A DNA stretch of 64,000 nucleotides, from the IMG/VR virus record IMGVR_UViG_3300027969_000044, positions 1 to 64,000 of that record; one strand, given 5' to 3'. Under the pieces are notes generated by a model, which had not been told where the DNA came from, ran no database searches, and saw only the letters and a program-made list of their open reading frames with translations. The stretch is from a virus. A program made the position numbers and the translations under genes. Numbering within the stretch: position 1 is the first letter of the stretch; every line of letters begins with the position of its first letter. This document shows, in pieces, positions 39,902 to 50,282 of the stretch.

Positions 39902-40824
39902 AAGAACTATGGACAGAGAAATATCGCCCAGCAACTATCGATGGATATGTTTTTAGGGACGACTCTCAAAAGAAGCAGATTAAGGGCTGGATCAAAGAAG
40001 GATCTATCCCGCACCTGCTACTAAGTGGTAGCCCGGGTATCGGTAAGACAACACTTGCTAAAGTCCTGTTAAACGAAATTGGTATTGAGGAATTTGATAT
40101 TCTTGAAGTTAACGCATCACGCGAAACTGGTATTGACTTTATTCGAGATAAGATTGTTCCGTTTATTCAAATGATGCCATTTGGTCCATTTAAAGTTGTA
40201 CTGTTAGACGAAGCAGATCGACTTAGTCAACACGCACAAGACTCATTAAAGGGCATTATTGAAGAGTATTCTAAGTTTGCTCGATTTATTCTAACCTGTA
40301 ACAGTCCTAATCGTATTGTTCCTGCGTTACACAGTCGTTGCCAGCAGATGCACTTTGCGTCAATTGACCAAACAGAGTATACAGCCCGTGCCGCAACTAT
40401 TCTAGTTGAAGAAGGCATTGAATTTGATCTCGACACACTTGACACTTATGTTAAAGCAGTTTATCCAGACTTGCGTAAGTGTATTAACCTGTTACAACAA
40501 AATTGTGTAGACGGAAAGTTGATTAATCCCAAAGCTGAAGATAGCGGCATTAGTGATTACAAGATTGAAATGGTCGAGTTGTTTAAGGCAAGAAAGATTA
40601 AAGAAGCTCGAGCAATGTTGTGTGCCAAAGCCCGCCCAGATGAAATGGAAGGTATCTTTACTTGGATGTATCACAATATTGAACTGTTTGGTGACGATGA
40701 AGAAACACAAGACTCTGCTATTATCATTATTAAGCAAGGACTTGTTGACAATGCGTTAATTGCTGATCCAGAAATTAACCTGTCTGCTACACTAGCCAAG
40801 CTAGGCAGACTACAAGCACAATAA
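39898..40824 (+). CDS. Clamp loader AAA+ subunit (RFC small subunit/T4 gp44-like)
   Basis: WTEKYRP, GSPGIGKT, NAS, LDEAD, SRC, DLRKCIN. Confidence 0.95.
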   Translation: MKELWTEKYRPATIDGYVFRDDSQKKQIKGWIKEGSIPHLLLSGSPGIGKTTLAKVLLNEIGIEEFDILEVNASRETGIDFIRDKIVPFIQMMPFGPFKVVLLDEADRLSQHAQDSLKGIIEEYSKFARFILTCNSPNRIVPALHSRCQQMHFASIDQTEYTARAATILVEEGIEFDLDTLDTYVKAVYPDLRKCINLLQQNCVDGKLINPKAEDSGISDYKIEMVELFKARKIKEARAMLCAKARPDEMEGIFTWMYHNIELFGDDEETQDSAIIIIKQGLVDNALIADPEINLSATLAKLGRLQAQ

Positions 40825-40826
40825 CA

Positions 40827-40869
40827 AAAACCGCATAGTACGAGGCAGGTCGATTTACTATGCGGTTTT
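40827..40869. terminator. Bidirectional intrinsic terminator between convergent genes
   Basis: AAAACCGCATAGTA (40827-40840) / TACTATGCGGTTTT (40856-40869), a perfect 14-bp inverted repeat. Confidence 0.85.
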
Positions 40870-40899
40870 CTCTTGACTGTTTATTGGGGTTATAAAAGT

Positions 40900-41649
40900 T
40901 TAGTCGTTATCCAACTCCTTGTAAAGTTTTAACACTTCCCTAACAACCGGATGTCTTTCTACATCTTTCGGTTCAAACGTTGCCATAGCTATCATACGAT
41001 AATCACCCCCTTGGCCGTATAATGAGCAAAATTCTAACAATCCGTTTTCTTTCGGTCTGTCTGCTTGATTTAAATCTCCTGTGACTACCATTCGACTGTT
41101 GTCGCCGATACGTGTCAATAACATTTTCATCTGACTTGGTGTAGCATTTTGCATTTCGTCAGCAATGATAAACGCATTTTTAAATGTACGTCCACGCATA
41201 TATGCCAACGGTGATATTTCAATCACGCCATCTTCAAGCATCTCTTGGATTTCTTTAGGATGGTAATACTCCTCGAATACATCAAAAATAGGACGAGTCC
41301 ATGGGGCCATCTTAGCGTTTAAATCGCCAGGAAGGAATCCATGTTCTTCATCAACACTAACTGCTGGCCTTGTTACAATGATCTTACTAACCACCCCCTC
41401 TTTGAATAGTTTGATGGCCCATTGAACCGCAAGCATAGTCTTACCCGTACCGGCAGGGCCGATAGCAAATGTAATGTATTTCTTGGGGTTTTTCAACAGC
41501 TCTACATAAGTTTCCTGCGCTAGATTGCGCGGAACAATGTTAACCTGTTGCTTTTTACGCAGATATTGATTGATTTGAATCAAGTTTGATGTATTATCGT
41601 TACGGTTAGAGCCCATAACAACTCTCTCTTTACGTTTTGCTCTAGACAA
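40900..41649 (-). CDS. phoH: PhoH-family ATPase
   Basis: GPAGTGKT, RPAV, GFLPGDL, YMRGRTF, DEMQN, GDLNQAD; probable TTG start at 41649 after SD GGAGG. Confidence 0.95.
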   Translation of the reverse strand: MSRAKRKERVVMGSNRNDNTSNLIQINQYLRKKQQVNIVPRNLAQETYVELLKNPKKYITFAIGPAGTGKTMLAVQWAIKLFKEGVVSKIIVTRPAVSVDEEHGFLPGDLNAKMAPWTRPIFDVFEEYYHPKEIQEMLEDGVIEISPLAYMRGRTFKNAFIIADEMQNATPSQMKMLLTRIGDNSRMVVTGDLNQADRPKENGLLEFCSLYGQGGDYRMIAMATFEPKDVERHPVVREVLKLYKELDND

Positions 41650-41763
41650 ATTATGCCTCCTTGAGTGAGCGACCTGCAAAAGTAATTATCACCATTGTCT
41701 AAAAACCGTAAGATATCGCTCTTTTTTAGATAGCATAAATATTGATATAACAGAGAACTGCTC

Positions 41764-42342
41764 ATGCACGATATAGTAGATATTATTAAAAATATACAAA
41801 CTTTAACCGCTAGTGATCACTCGTTTAAAATTCTTAAAGATTTTGAAAGAGTACTAGACGAGTTAGACATATATGTTTACAAGAACTGGGAAGACGGTGA
41901 ATTGCTTGCTGGCCCCAATGTAAACAGATATTCCGTAGAATGTAAATTCTTATGGCCAGAAGAGAACATGCCTGACCCAGAAGGCGGTGCTAGATTACTA
42001 GACTACGGGTGTAAAGTAACATACCAAAAAGAACATCTACTTGTTCCACGTAAAGTACACAAGCCTAGCGACTTCCGTCCTGGCACAAAGAAAGGAAAGA
42101 TTGACGCACATCCTGTATGGATTGTAGGTATTACTATGCCTAAGAAACTATTACAAGATATGTTCCAAGGATATACCGATCAAGAACATCGTAAGATGGC
42201 AGAATACATGAAACAAGATCAGATACAAGGTGAGATTCAAGCAGAAGCTGGTGCTTCTCAAGAAGTTCCACCAGAGACCGGAGTATCAGCAACAGGAGGA
42301 GGTCCAGATGCAGGACAAGCCGCAACAGCGCCAACTATGTGA
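41764..42342 (+). CDS. Hypothetical phage protein (late)
   Basis: 192 aa; TAAATA at 41736-41741. Confidence 0.8.
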   Translation: MHDIVDIIKNIQTLTASDHSFKILKDFERVLDELDIYVYKNWEDGELLAGPNVNRYSVECKFLWPEENMPDPEGGARLLDYGCKVTYQKEHLLVPRKVHKPSDFRPGTKKGKIDAHPVWIVGITMPKKLLQDMFQGYTDQEHRKMAEYMKQDQIQGEIQAEAGASQEVPPETGVSATGGGPDAGQAATAPTM

Positions 42343-43066
42343 AGGCCTTAGGGCTAACGACTTGAAAGGCTTTGTTCGTGAAGTCTTTACACTTGATCAG
42401 TATCGTTCAAAGATGGGCGAGGATCAGGATGTAATCGTTGTTGGATTTACAGTTAACGAAAAAGCGCCAGCCGCTGACCTAATGGAGTTTATTGAAAAAG
42501 GATATCCTTTTGTTTTAGACGCAGACATTAGTTCCGGAGAAGAACGAGATGGCAAGTATCAAGTGTTTGTTGAGATTGAAAGAAACAAACAATTTCCAAG
42601 TAAGTTAAAAGACCTATTAAGTGGAGTTAGTCGTTTGACAGACAACTACGATTGGCGTTTCCGTTACTACAAGGATGTCACAGGACATCACTTTAGTGAA
42701 GATGCTATTTTAGAAAATGTTCCTTTAGATCTTAAAGACTACGAAACTAAGATGCTGGAAATCAAAACTAACGTAGTAGCAGAGTTTTTTAATCAAGGTG
42801 CTACTAGTATTATGGTAGATAGTGACGACACAATTATTGCACAAAAAGCATATTCGGGTCCAATTGCTATGGAACTGTTAGCATTAGGCGATTACGAAGA
42901 AGTTAAAGATAGTTTACCAGGTGGACTTATGTTAGATGAGTCAAGTCAAAGTCAAGTTGCATTTTTAGAAAAGTATCTTGGCAATTATGAGATTAATAAA
43001 ATCAATGGAAAGTTTTTAATACGCAACGGGGACCGAGGAATGATCGTGAAAAAGGACAGGTGGTAA
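42308..43066 (+). CDS. Hypothetical phage protein
   Basis: Start moved to ATG 42308 (MQDKPQQRQLCEGL...). Confidence 0.75.
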   Translation: MQDKPQQRQLCEGLRANDLKGFVREVFTLDQYRSKMGEDQDVIVVGFTVNEKAPAADLMEFIEKGYPFVLDADISSGEERDGKYQVFVEIERNKQFPSKLKDLLSGVSRLTDNYDWRFRYYKDVTGHHFSEDAILENVPLDLKDYETKMLEIKTNVVAEFFNQGATSIMVDSDDTIIAQKAYSGPIAMELLALGDYEEVKDSLPGGLMLDESSQSQVAFLEKYLGNYEINKINGKFLIRNGDRGMIVKKDRW

Positions 43067-43067
43067 T

Positions 43068-43532
43068 ATGTGGATGCTGAGTTTTATTCCGGATAGTTTT
43101 TTACTATACGTTATACACGCAGTATTAGTTACAGGGATAGTAGGGACTCTGCTATCCTTTTTCTTCCTTAATAGAATACTACGTTGGTTCCCACACCTAG
43201 CTCCATTCCATCTATTGGCACAAATTGTTAGTATTGCGTTACTGGCAAGTGGGTTATATTTTAGTGGTGGCTACCATACAGAAATGGAATGGCGAGACCG
43301 TGTTGCCAAGTTAGAACAACAAATTAAAGAAATGGAAGGCAAGAGCGAAGAGATTAATAAAAAACTCGATGCTGAAAGAAAGAAGAAACAAAAAGTTCGT
43401 ACAGAATATTACAACACAGTTAAAACTGAAATTAAAGAAGTTGAAAAAGTAATTGACGGAAAGTGCGAATTAGATCCTAAAGTTAACGAACTACATAATA
43501 AAGCCGCAAAGAATCCAGAGGGCAAGAAATGA
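43068..43532 (+). CDS. Putative inner-membrane spanin (Rz-like)
   Basis: N-terminal TM segments, coiled coil, C-terminal Cys; immediately precedes a lipoprotein. Confidence 0.7.
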   Translation: MWMLSFIPDSFLLYVIHAVLVTGIVGTLLSFFFLNRILRWFPHLAPFHLLAQIVSIALLASGLYFSGGYHTEMEWRDRVAKLEQQIKEMEGKSEEINKKLDAERKKKQKVRTEYYNTVKTEIKEVEKVIDGKCELDPKVNELHNKAAKNPEGKK

Positions 43533-43795
43533 AAAGACTAGCATTTCTATTACCAATTCTTTTGACCGGGTGTTTATCAACACCTCCTAAGATTCCAAAC
43601 TTTCCTAATGTTCCACCTGAGCTATTAAAGGCGTGTCCTGATTTGAGACAAGTTGAACCAGGCACAACAAAGCTAAGTGAGATACTTGAAGTAGTAGCAG
43701 ATAATTACGGACAGTACTATGAGTGCAAAGCAACTGTTGATGACTGGGCACAATGGTACAACAGTCAAAAGAAACTATGGGATAGTTACAAATGA
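43529..43795 (+). CDS. Putative outer-membrane spanin lipoprotein (Rz1-like)
   Basis: Lipobox LLTGC, Pro-rich mature part, two further Cys. Confidence 0.75.
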   Translation: MKRLAFLLPILLTGCLSTPPKIPNFPNVPPELLKACPDLRQVEPGTTKLSEILEVVADNYGQYYECKATVDDWAQWYNSQKKLWDSYK

Positions 43796-44202
43796 AAAAT
43801 ATATTAATAGCAAGTGTTATATTACTGAGCGGGTGTGCTACTGTTGATACACTAGTTGAATCATTTTTAATGAAATACGATTCTAGCGAATATCAACAAA
43901 TAGCAGATATAAGAACTACCGCGGGACTAGCAAAAAATAGTTGTGATAATTTTGATGCTTCCAAACAACAAGCAGAAGTTATTTCTAAAAAAACAACAGG
44001 ATTTAAAAATCATACGCAGTATTTGCCGCACAACAATAAGGTAATTAACTCTGCTATAGATTTAGACAAAATGTCGCAGGGCTTAAAAGATCAATACGCA
44101 AAGAATGATAAAGTTAGTGCAGCATTCTGTAAAATCAAATTCGAAACTATAGAAAAATCTGCTGAAACTATACAAAAAGTCGTAGGGAATAAACCAAGAT
44201 GA
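43792..44202 (+). CDS. Lipoprotein
   Basis: Lipobox LLSGC. Confidence 0.75.
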   Translation: MKNILIASVILLSGCATVDTLVESFLMKYDSSEYQQIADIRTTAGLAKNSCDNFDASKQQAEVISKKTTGFKNHTQYLPHNNKVINSAIDLDKMSQGLKDQYAKNDKVSAAFCKIKFETIEKSAETIQKVVGNKPR

Positions 44203-44453
44203 GCATAGAATACCACCAAAGTCTATTAGCAAGTATTAGCAGTAACAATCCTGATGTAAATGCCGCAGCCGCACAAGTTAATCAATTAACTGAAATGTGC
44301 GCTACTGGACAAATTAGCAAAGAAGAATACACAGAATTAGTCGAAGACGTTCAACGTCAAATTAATATACAAGCAAACATGGCTGAATTAGAAGCTATGG
44401 AAAAATTAAATACCGCAATGAACGGTCTTATAAGCATTGCCAAAGCGGTATAA
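44199..44453 (+). CDS. Hypothetical protein
   Basis: 84-aa coupled ORF. Confidence 0.7.
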   Translation: MSIEYHQSLLASISSNNPDVNAAAAQVNQLTEMCATGQISKEEYTELVEDVQRQINIQANMAELEAMEKLNTAMNGLISIAKAV

Positions 44454-44483
44454 AAATAAATATATACTTAACAGGACATTAAC

Positions 44484-45110
44484 ATGGCAGACGAATTTAT
44501 TTTAACACAGAGTCAATTAGGACAGATGGTTCCAGGAAACCCTCATATTGATCATTGGTACGATGCACTAGCACAATGCTTACCAGAGTACGATATTAAC
44601 ACACCCCCTAGAGTTGCAGCCTTTGTGGCACAATGCGCCCACGAAAGCGGCGGGTTTAAAGCAATCAAAGAAAATTTAAACTATCGCGCTGTAACATTAC
44701 GCAAGGTATTTCCTAAGTATTTTCCTAACGACGAGCTTGCTAATGCCTACGCACAAAAGCCGGAGATGATTGCCAATCGTGTTTACGGTGGACGTATGGG
44801 CAACGGTGACGAACATTCAGGTGACGGTTTTCGTTACTGTGGTCGAGGGCTTATTCAATTAACGGGAAAACAAAACTATCAAAATTTTGCTGACAGTTTA
44901 GAAATGTCAGTAGAAGATGTTCCTGAATATCTAGCAACATTTGAAGGAGCAGTCCAATCAGCTTGCTGGTTCTGGGAAAGCAATAATCTTAACCAATGGG
45001 CTGATAAGAGCGATATTGTAACATTAACAAAGCGTATCAATGGTGGCACCATTGGACTTGAAGATCGTATTAAACATTACAATCACGCATTACATATATT
45101 AGGAGCATAA
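44484..45110 (+). CDS. Endolysin, glycoside hydrolase family 19
   Basis: AAFVAQCAHESGGF..KENLNY, GRGLIQLTGK.NY, SACWFW, TKRINGG..GL.DR; TAAATA at 44457-44462. Confidence 0.92.
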   Translation: MADEFILTQSQLGQMVPGNPHIDHWYDALAQCLPEYDINTPPRVAAFVAQCAHESGGFKAIKENLNYRAVTLRKVFPKYFPNDELANAYAQKPEMIANRVYGGRMGNGDEHSGDGFRYCGRGLIQLTGKQNYQNFADSLEMSVEDVPEYLATFEGAVQSACWFWESNNLNQWADKSDIVTLTKRINGGTIGLEDRIKHYNHALHILGA

Positions 45111-45111
45111 C

Positions 45112-45654
45112 ATGGCAGACGGAGCAGTATCAAGCGAGAGCGAAAAGAAAAAAGAAGATTGGATGAACAGTAAATGGCGTCCAATGATGGGCTGGATGTA
45201 TATGGTAATATGTACCATGGACATGGTGATATTTCCAATATTATGGAGTCTATTACAGGCCGTTACACACACAGCAATTACTCAATGGAATCCATTAACA
45301 CTGCAAGGTGCTGGTTTATTCCACATCGCAATGGGTGCGGTACTTGGTATTGCGGCTTTTGGTCGTACACAAGAAAAACTTAACGGAGCAAATAATGGCG
45401 GAGCACAAACACCAGCACCAGCAACCACTAGCGCACCGACAACAGGATTTGGTGCTTCACCTGGGGGCTTCGGTTCTCCAGCCGCAACAACAACACCAAG
45501 TAGCTTTGGCGGAGGCGGGTTTGGAAGCACACCTCCAGTACCAACAGGCTTTAGTAGCGGTACAGGCTTTGGAGCGGGAGCGGCTCCAACGGGAGTAACT
45601 TCAGGGTTTGGAGGTAAGGCAGCGCCTCCTCCACAAGTAGATCCAGTATTATAA
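45112..45654 (+). CDS. Putative holin with Gly/Phe-rich disordered tail
   Basis: WRPMMGW.Y, TM segments, LG..A.GRT.EK (GTA-holin-like); follows the endolysin. Confidence 0.7.
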   Translation: MADGAVSSESEKKKEDWMNSKWRPMMGWMYMVICTMDMVIFPILWSLLQAVTHTAITQWNPLTLQGAGLFHIAMGAVLGIAAFGRTQEKLNGANNGGAQTPAPATTSAPTTGFGASPGGFGSPAATTTPSSFGGGGFGSTPPVPTGFSSGTGFGAGAAPTGVTSGFGGKAAPPPQVDPVL

Positions 45655-45666
45655 GGAAATAACATT

Positions 45667-45885
45667 ATGAAATTATTATTATCATTAGTAGCAAGTTTAG
45701 CACTTTTGGGCACAACACCTGTATTTGCCGAAGCTGTAGTAAAAGAAGTCTGCCACGATAAAGTTGGCAAGGACGGAAAACCAGTTAAAGACAAAAAAGG
45801 CGACATAGTACAAGAGTGTAAGAAAATCAAAACACACAAGAAATTAGAAGGAACTGAGGTTCCAGAAGATAAGAAAAAGAAGTAA
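45667..45885 (+). CDS. Small secreted Lys-rich protein
   Basis: Signal peptide ending ...PVFA|E; two Cys; highly basic. Confidence 0.7.
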   Translation: MKLLLSLVASLALLGTTPVFAEAVVKEVCHDKVGKDGKPVKDKKGDIVQECKKIKTHKKLEGTEVPEDKKKK

Positions 45886-45892
45886 TCATTAC

Positions 45893-45948
45893 TTGACTTG
45901 TTAGGCAGTCGGTAGTATAATTAACATATTACCACTGCCTATATTTTT
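45893..45948 (+). promoter_or_regulatory. sigma70 promoter overlapped by a terminator-like hairpin
   Basis: TTGACT (45893-45898), 17 bp, TATAAT (45916-45921); TAGGCAGT-C-GGTAGTAT / ATATTACC-ACTGCCTA followed by TATTTTT. Confidence 0.8.
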
Positions 45949-45950
45949 GG

Positions 45951-46793
45951 ATGACAGATTATTACCACGCCCTTGGTGTTCAAAAGGGAGCTTCAGATGA
46001 TGAGATTAAAAAGGCTTATCGCAAACTGGCGATGAAGCACCATCCTGACCGCGGTGGCGATGCATCTGAATTTCAAAAGATACAAGAAGCATACGCCACA
46101 CTTAGTGATCCACACAAAAGAACAGAGTATGATAACCCCACTCCACAGTTTGGCGGCGGATCGGGGTTCCCTCCCGGATTCGAAGAAATGTTTCGAAACG
46201 GACAATTTGGAGATATGTTTGGAGGAGGTAACCCATTCTTTGGAGCAGGCTTTGGACGACAACCTCGACAATCAAAGAATAGAGACATAAGCCTCGAAAC
46301 ACAAGTTACATTAGAAGATGCCTTTTCCGGCAAGACAATTATGGCGAACATAAATTTGCCTAGCGGAAGAGAGCAAGTACTAGAAATTAAAATACCCCCC
46401 GGAATTAGCACAGGTCAACGCCTAAGACTACAAGGAATGGGCGATGATTCAAATCCGCATTTAAACAAAGGTGACATATACATTACCATTCATGTAGCAA
46501 GACACAGTACATATGAAAGAGAAGGCGATGATTTAATTACAGAAATTACTATTTCGGTCTGGGATGCTATGTTAGGAACCGATACAACTATTAAAACTCT
46601 CGACAACAGACAATTACAAGTAGGAATTCCAGCAGGAACGCAACCGGGTAGTACATTACGATTAGCAGGATACGGAATGTCAAACATACAAGATAGTCGG
46701 TTTAAAGGAAATATTTTATTAAACATTAATGTTAATGTACCTACTAATTTAACTGAAGAACAAAAAAATCTAGTTAAACAACTTAAGGCGTAA
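45951..46793 (+). CDS. dnaJ: DnaJ-class co-chaperone (class B/CbpA-like, no Zn finger)
   Basis: [24 protein letters not shown]-rich region, C-terminal domain. Confidence 0.93.
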   Translation: MTDYYHALGVQKGASDDEIKKAYRKLAMKHHPDRGGDASEFQKIQEAYATLSDPHKRTEYDNPTPQFGGGSGFPPGFEEMFRNGQFGDMFGGGNPFFGAGFGRQPRQSKNRDISLETQVTLEDAFSGKTIMANINLPSGREQVLEIKIPPGISTGQRLRLQGMGDDSNPHLNKGDIYITIHVARHSTYEREGDDLITEITISVWDAMLGTDTTIKTLDNRQLQVGIPAGTQPGSTLRLAGYGMSNIQDSRFKGNILLNINVNVPTNLTEEQKNLVKQLKA

Positions 46794-46801
46794 ATATCGA
46801 T

Positions 46802-47305
46802 ATGCTAGAAATTAAAAAATTCCCCGACCCAATTTTAAAAGAACGTCTACAAGACTTTGATTTTGAAAATCCAGTAATGGATCCTGTAGAACTTGAACGC
46901 GAAATGTTAGCAACTATGTTTGCCAACAACGGTATCGGTCTTGCAGCAAATCAAGTTGGGATTAATGCCCGCGTGTTTGTAATGGGTTCTAAAGAAAACT
47001 TTTTAATGGCTAAAGCGTACTTTAATCCAAAGGTGCTTGCCAATACAGATACACTACAAGAACTGGAGGAAGGATGTTTGAGTTTTTCCAATATTTTTGT
47101 TAAAATAAAAAGACCAGATGCTATTAAGGTTGAATATCAAAATTCAAAAGGTGAAACTGAAACTTCAGAATTTAGTGGGTGGGACTGTAGAGTGTTTCTA
47201 CACGAATTTGATCATTTGGAAGGTATTACTTTCCAGGATCGAACTAGCCAACTTAAATGGGCATTAGCAATTAAGAAATCAAAACCTAAAAGGAAAGTAA
47301 AATAA
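46802..47305 (+). CDS. def: Peptide deformylase
   Basis: GIGLAANQVG, EGCLS, HEFDHLEG. Confidence 0.96.
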   Translation: MLEIKKFPDPILKERLQDFDFENPVMDPVELEREMLATMFANNGIGLAANQVGINARVFVMGSKENFLMAKAYFNPKVLANTDTLQELEEGCLSFSNIFVKIKRPDAIKVEYQNSKGETETSEFSGWDCRVFLHEFDHLEGITFQDRTSQLKWALAIKKSKPKRKVK

Positions 47306-47306
47306 T

Positions 47307-49595
47307 ATGATATTGGAACCAAACAGCGATCTTGAACAGATTTTTGAAAGAGCAGTTAATCTTGCCATTAAGAATCAGCACGAGTATATAACACTTGAGC
47401 ATTTCTTACACAGCATGGTCGTTGATCAAAAGTTTGGAGCATTGCTCAAGGACTTTGGAGCAGAGGTAGCTGACCTAAAAGCTAACCTAGAAAACTTCAT
47501 CGATAAAGAACTAGACGATATCAAGGTAGTTGCTAAAGATCAAAAGCCAAAGAAAACAAACACAGTTGAGCGTATGCTTAATCGTGCGTTTACACAGGTA
47601 TTGTTTAGCGGACGTAATGTAATTGATCCAGTTGATTGCTTTATTAGCCTGTTTGCCGAAAAGAAGAGTTTTGCCAACTACTTTTTACGTAAAGCTAAAG
47701 TAGACAAAGATGCGTTTATTAAATGGATTAATGAAGAAAATTCTAAAGACGAAGAAGAAGGCAGCGAAGGCGGCCGTGGTGGTGGTAGAGACTTAGATCG
47801 TTTGATTGGAAAGTATTGTGTTAACCTAACACAAAAAGTAAAGAACAAACAAATTGATCCTGTTATTGGCCGCGAAAAAGAGATCGAAGAAATTCAACTG
47901 GTACTTGCTCGCCGTACAAAGTCAAACGTTATGATGATCGGTGATCCGGGTGTAGGTAAGACTGCTATTGCTGAAGGTCTAGCACGTAAGATCTTTGAAG
48001 GTAGCGTTCCTAAATTTATTTTAAATCACACAGTTTATAGTCTAGACATCAGTGCTATGATCGCAGGTAGCAAATATCGCGGTGACTTTGAAGAACGTTT
48101 GAAAGGTGTTATTAAAGCACTTGAAAATAAGAAAGACGCTATTTTGTTTATCGACGAAGCACACATGATGAATGGTGCTGGATCAGCAGGTAGTGGTTCT
48201 AATGACATGTCTAATATGCTTAAACCAGCATTGGGCAAAGGTACTATTAAAGTTGTAGCAAGTACAACATGGGAAGAGTTCCGTAAACACTTTGAAAAAG
48301 ATCGTGCGTTGATGCGTCGATTCCAGCGTGTAGTTGTTAACGAACCTAACGAAGCTACCGCCATTAAGATCATCAAAGGTCTTAAAAAGTATTACGAAAA
48401 ACATCACGGTGTTAAGATTACAAATCAGGCCATTATTGATAGTGTTAAGTATTCTATCAAATACATGACTGATAAGAAGTTGCCAGATAAGGCAATTGAC
48501 TTAATTGACTGTGCGTGTGCTCGCTTTAAGGTTAGAGATCAGGAAGCAGGTATTGTTGATCACGACGAAATCTTGTTTGAAGTTAGTAAGATCGCAAACT
48601 TGCCTTTAGATCAAATTGCATCTAAAGAAAACAAGAATCTTGTTAACCTTGAAAAGAATATGCGTGGTAAGGTGTTTGGTCAAGAGAAAGCAATTGAAAT
48701 TCTGCTTGATAAAATCTTTATCGCACAAGCAGGGTTAAAGAGTATTAACAAACCAGTTGGTAACTTCTTGTTTGTTGGTCCAACTGGTGTTGGTAAAACT
48801 GAAACTGCTAAACAATTAGCAAGTAATATGAGTGTAGAACTTGTTCGCTTTGATATGAGCGAATTCCAAGAACAACATTCTGTTGCCAAGTTTATTGGTG
48901 CTCCTCCGGGATATGTGGGCTTTGAAGACAACGCAGGTCAGTTGATCACTAAACTACAAGAACATCCTAACTGTATCTTGTTACTTGACGAGATTGAAAA
49001 AGCTCACCCAAGTGTAGCAAACGTTCTACTACAACTTATGGATAACGGTTATGTTACTGGTTCAAATGGAAAAGTAGCAGACGGTCGTAATTGTATTTTG
49101 ATTATGACCAGTAACCTAGGTGCCGCTGATGCTGAAAAGAACGCGGTAGGATTTGGCAGTTTAGAACGTGATGATGACAGCAAAGATGCTATTAACACAT
49201 TCTTTAAACCCGAGTTTCGGAACCGTTTAGACGGCATTATCAAGTTTGGCAAGTTGGATCAAACTACTATGGTTAAGATTGTTAAGAAGTTTATTGACGA
49301 ACTTAATTCATTGTTAAAAGATCGCCATGTTCATGTTAAGCCCGATGCTGACGCAGTTGAGCTATTGATCAAGAAAGGCTTTAACAGTAAAATGGGCGCT
49401 CGTCCACTAGCACGTACTATTGACGACTTAATCAAGAAGCCGTTAAGTAAGCAGATTCTTTTTGGCAACTTACAAAATGGCGGATTAGTAGAAATACTAG
49501 TTAAAGGCGATGACCTTATGCTAAATTACATCGAAACATTACCAGTTGTTGATGTGAAAGCCGAAGAGATACAAATTGAAGACGCTGGAAACTAA
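47307..49595 (+). CDS. clpA: ATP-dependent Clp protease ATP-binding subunit (ClpA-like)
   Basis: N-domain HEYITLEH; Walker A GDPGVGKT and GPTGVGKT; no ClpB M-domain; ClpP-docking loop AVGF; GARPL. Confidence 0.93.
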   Translation: MILEPNSDLEQIFERAVNLAIKNQHEYITLEHFLHSMVVDQKFGALLKDFGAEVADLKANLENFIDKELDDIKVVAKDQKPKKTNTVERMLNRAFTQVLFSGRNVIDPVDCFISLFAEKKSFANYFLRKAKVDKDAFIKWINEENSKDEEEGSEGGRGGGRDLDRLIGKYCVNLTQKVKNKQIDPVIGREKEIEEIQLVLARRTKSNVMMIGDPGVGKTAIAEGLARKIFEGSVPKFILNHTVYSLDISAMIAGSKYRGDFEERLKGVIKALENKKDAILFIDEAHMMNGAGSAGSGSNDMSNMLKPALGKGTIKVVASTTWEEFRKHFEKDRALMRRFQRVVVNEPNEATAIKIIKGLKKYYEKHHGVKITNQAIIDSVKYSIKYMTDKKLPDKAIDLIDCACARFKVRDQEAGIVDHDEILFEVSKIANLPLDQIASKENKNLVNLEKNMRGKVFGQEKAIEILLDKIFIAQAGLKSINKPVGNFLFVGPTGVGKTETAKQLASNMSVELVRFDMSEFQEQHSVAKFIGAPPGYVGFEDNAGQLITKLQEHPNCILLLDEIEKAHPSVANVLLQLMDNGYVTGSNGKVADGRNCILIMTSNLGAADAEKNAVGFGSLERDDDSKDAINTFFKPEFRNRLDGIIKFGKLDQTTMVKIVKKFIDELNSLLKDRHVHVKPDADAVELLIKKGFNSKMGARPLARTIDDLIKKPLSKQILFGNLQNGGLVEILVKGDDLMLNYIETLPVVDVKAEEIQIEDAGN

Positions 49596-50265
49596 AAAAC
49601 TCTTTTATAGAAAGTATCCATACAAAGTAGCTTGCCGAATCCAAGGCGGCTACTATGTAGCCAGGTACGGCCAAGATGCTGTACTCAAGGCCATGGAATG
49701 GAATAAAAAGTACGCAAATAACACATACGACTATCGCGTAGGTGGTGGGACAAAACTTAACTATGACGATTTAGATAAATTTGCTAACCTATCTAGAAAA
49801 TATCTAGTTAGAGATGACATTAGGGTCCGGGCAGAAGGTAGACATTTTAATTTGTTTAGTATGGACAAAGATACACACGAACAAATTATTAAAGATCTAG
49901 GAAACTGGGTAATGGAAGTCACTGAGCCAAAAAATGATAAAGACTTAGAGTATTTGCTGGCCAATAAATCAGTCAAAGTTATTGTAGATCAGTTTCCTTA
50001 CGAACACTACAAATATAAAATTGTCTTAAAAAGTACCATGAAAGCCGACCAAAGAGTTCGGTTTAACGGATGGCTTAACAAGTATACTGAGAAGGACATA
50101 CTTGTTAGTAGCATTACTACGCAACGATGGATGGATGATAAGAAGCAGTGGGCGCAAAATCCGTTCATTTATGTATCTGATGATGGAGTACGTACACTTG
50201 TAGAGTTATACTTAGGTGCTAACAAGAGCAGGACTGAAGAATTCGTATTGCGTTCTACTATATAA
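49576..50265 (+). CDS. Hypothetical protein
   Basis: 229 aa, TTG start; two similar ..YPYK/..YKYK segments. Confidence 0.75.
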   Translation: MKTLETKKLFYRKYPYKVACRIQGGYYVARYGQDAVLKAMEWNKKYANNTYDYRVGGGTKLNYDDLDKFANLSRKYLVRDDIRVRAEGRHFNLFSMDKDTHEQIIKDLGNWVMEVTEPKNDKDLEYLLANKSVKVIVDQFPYEHYKYKIVLKSTMKADQRVRFNGWLNKYTEKDILVSSITTQRWMDDKKQWAQNPFIYVSDDGVRTLVELYLGANKSRTEEFVLRSTI

Positions 50266-50282
50266 TGGCATAAATACATGTT

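Noticed and set aside
9173-42307. ORF-track starts at 9173, 11876, 41679 and 42230 (also 3245, 8803, 9048)
   Set aside because: They extend into upstream genes or promoters; downstream starts fit SD, coupling or homology better
45951-49595. Bacterial chromosome or host contamination (dnaJ, def, clpA, clpP, groES, phoH)
   Set aside because: These genes are interleaved with phage structural, lysis and replication genes and share the same composition and TAAATA motifs
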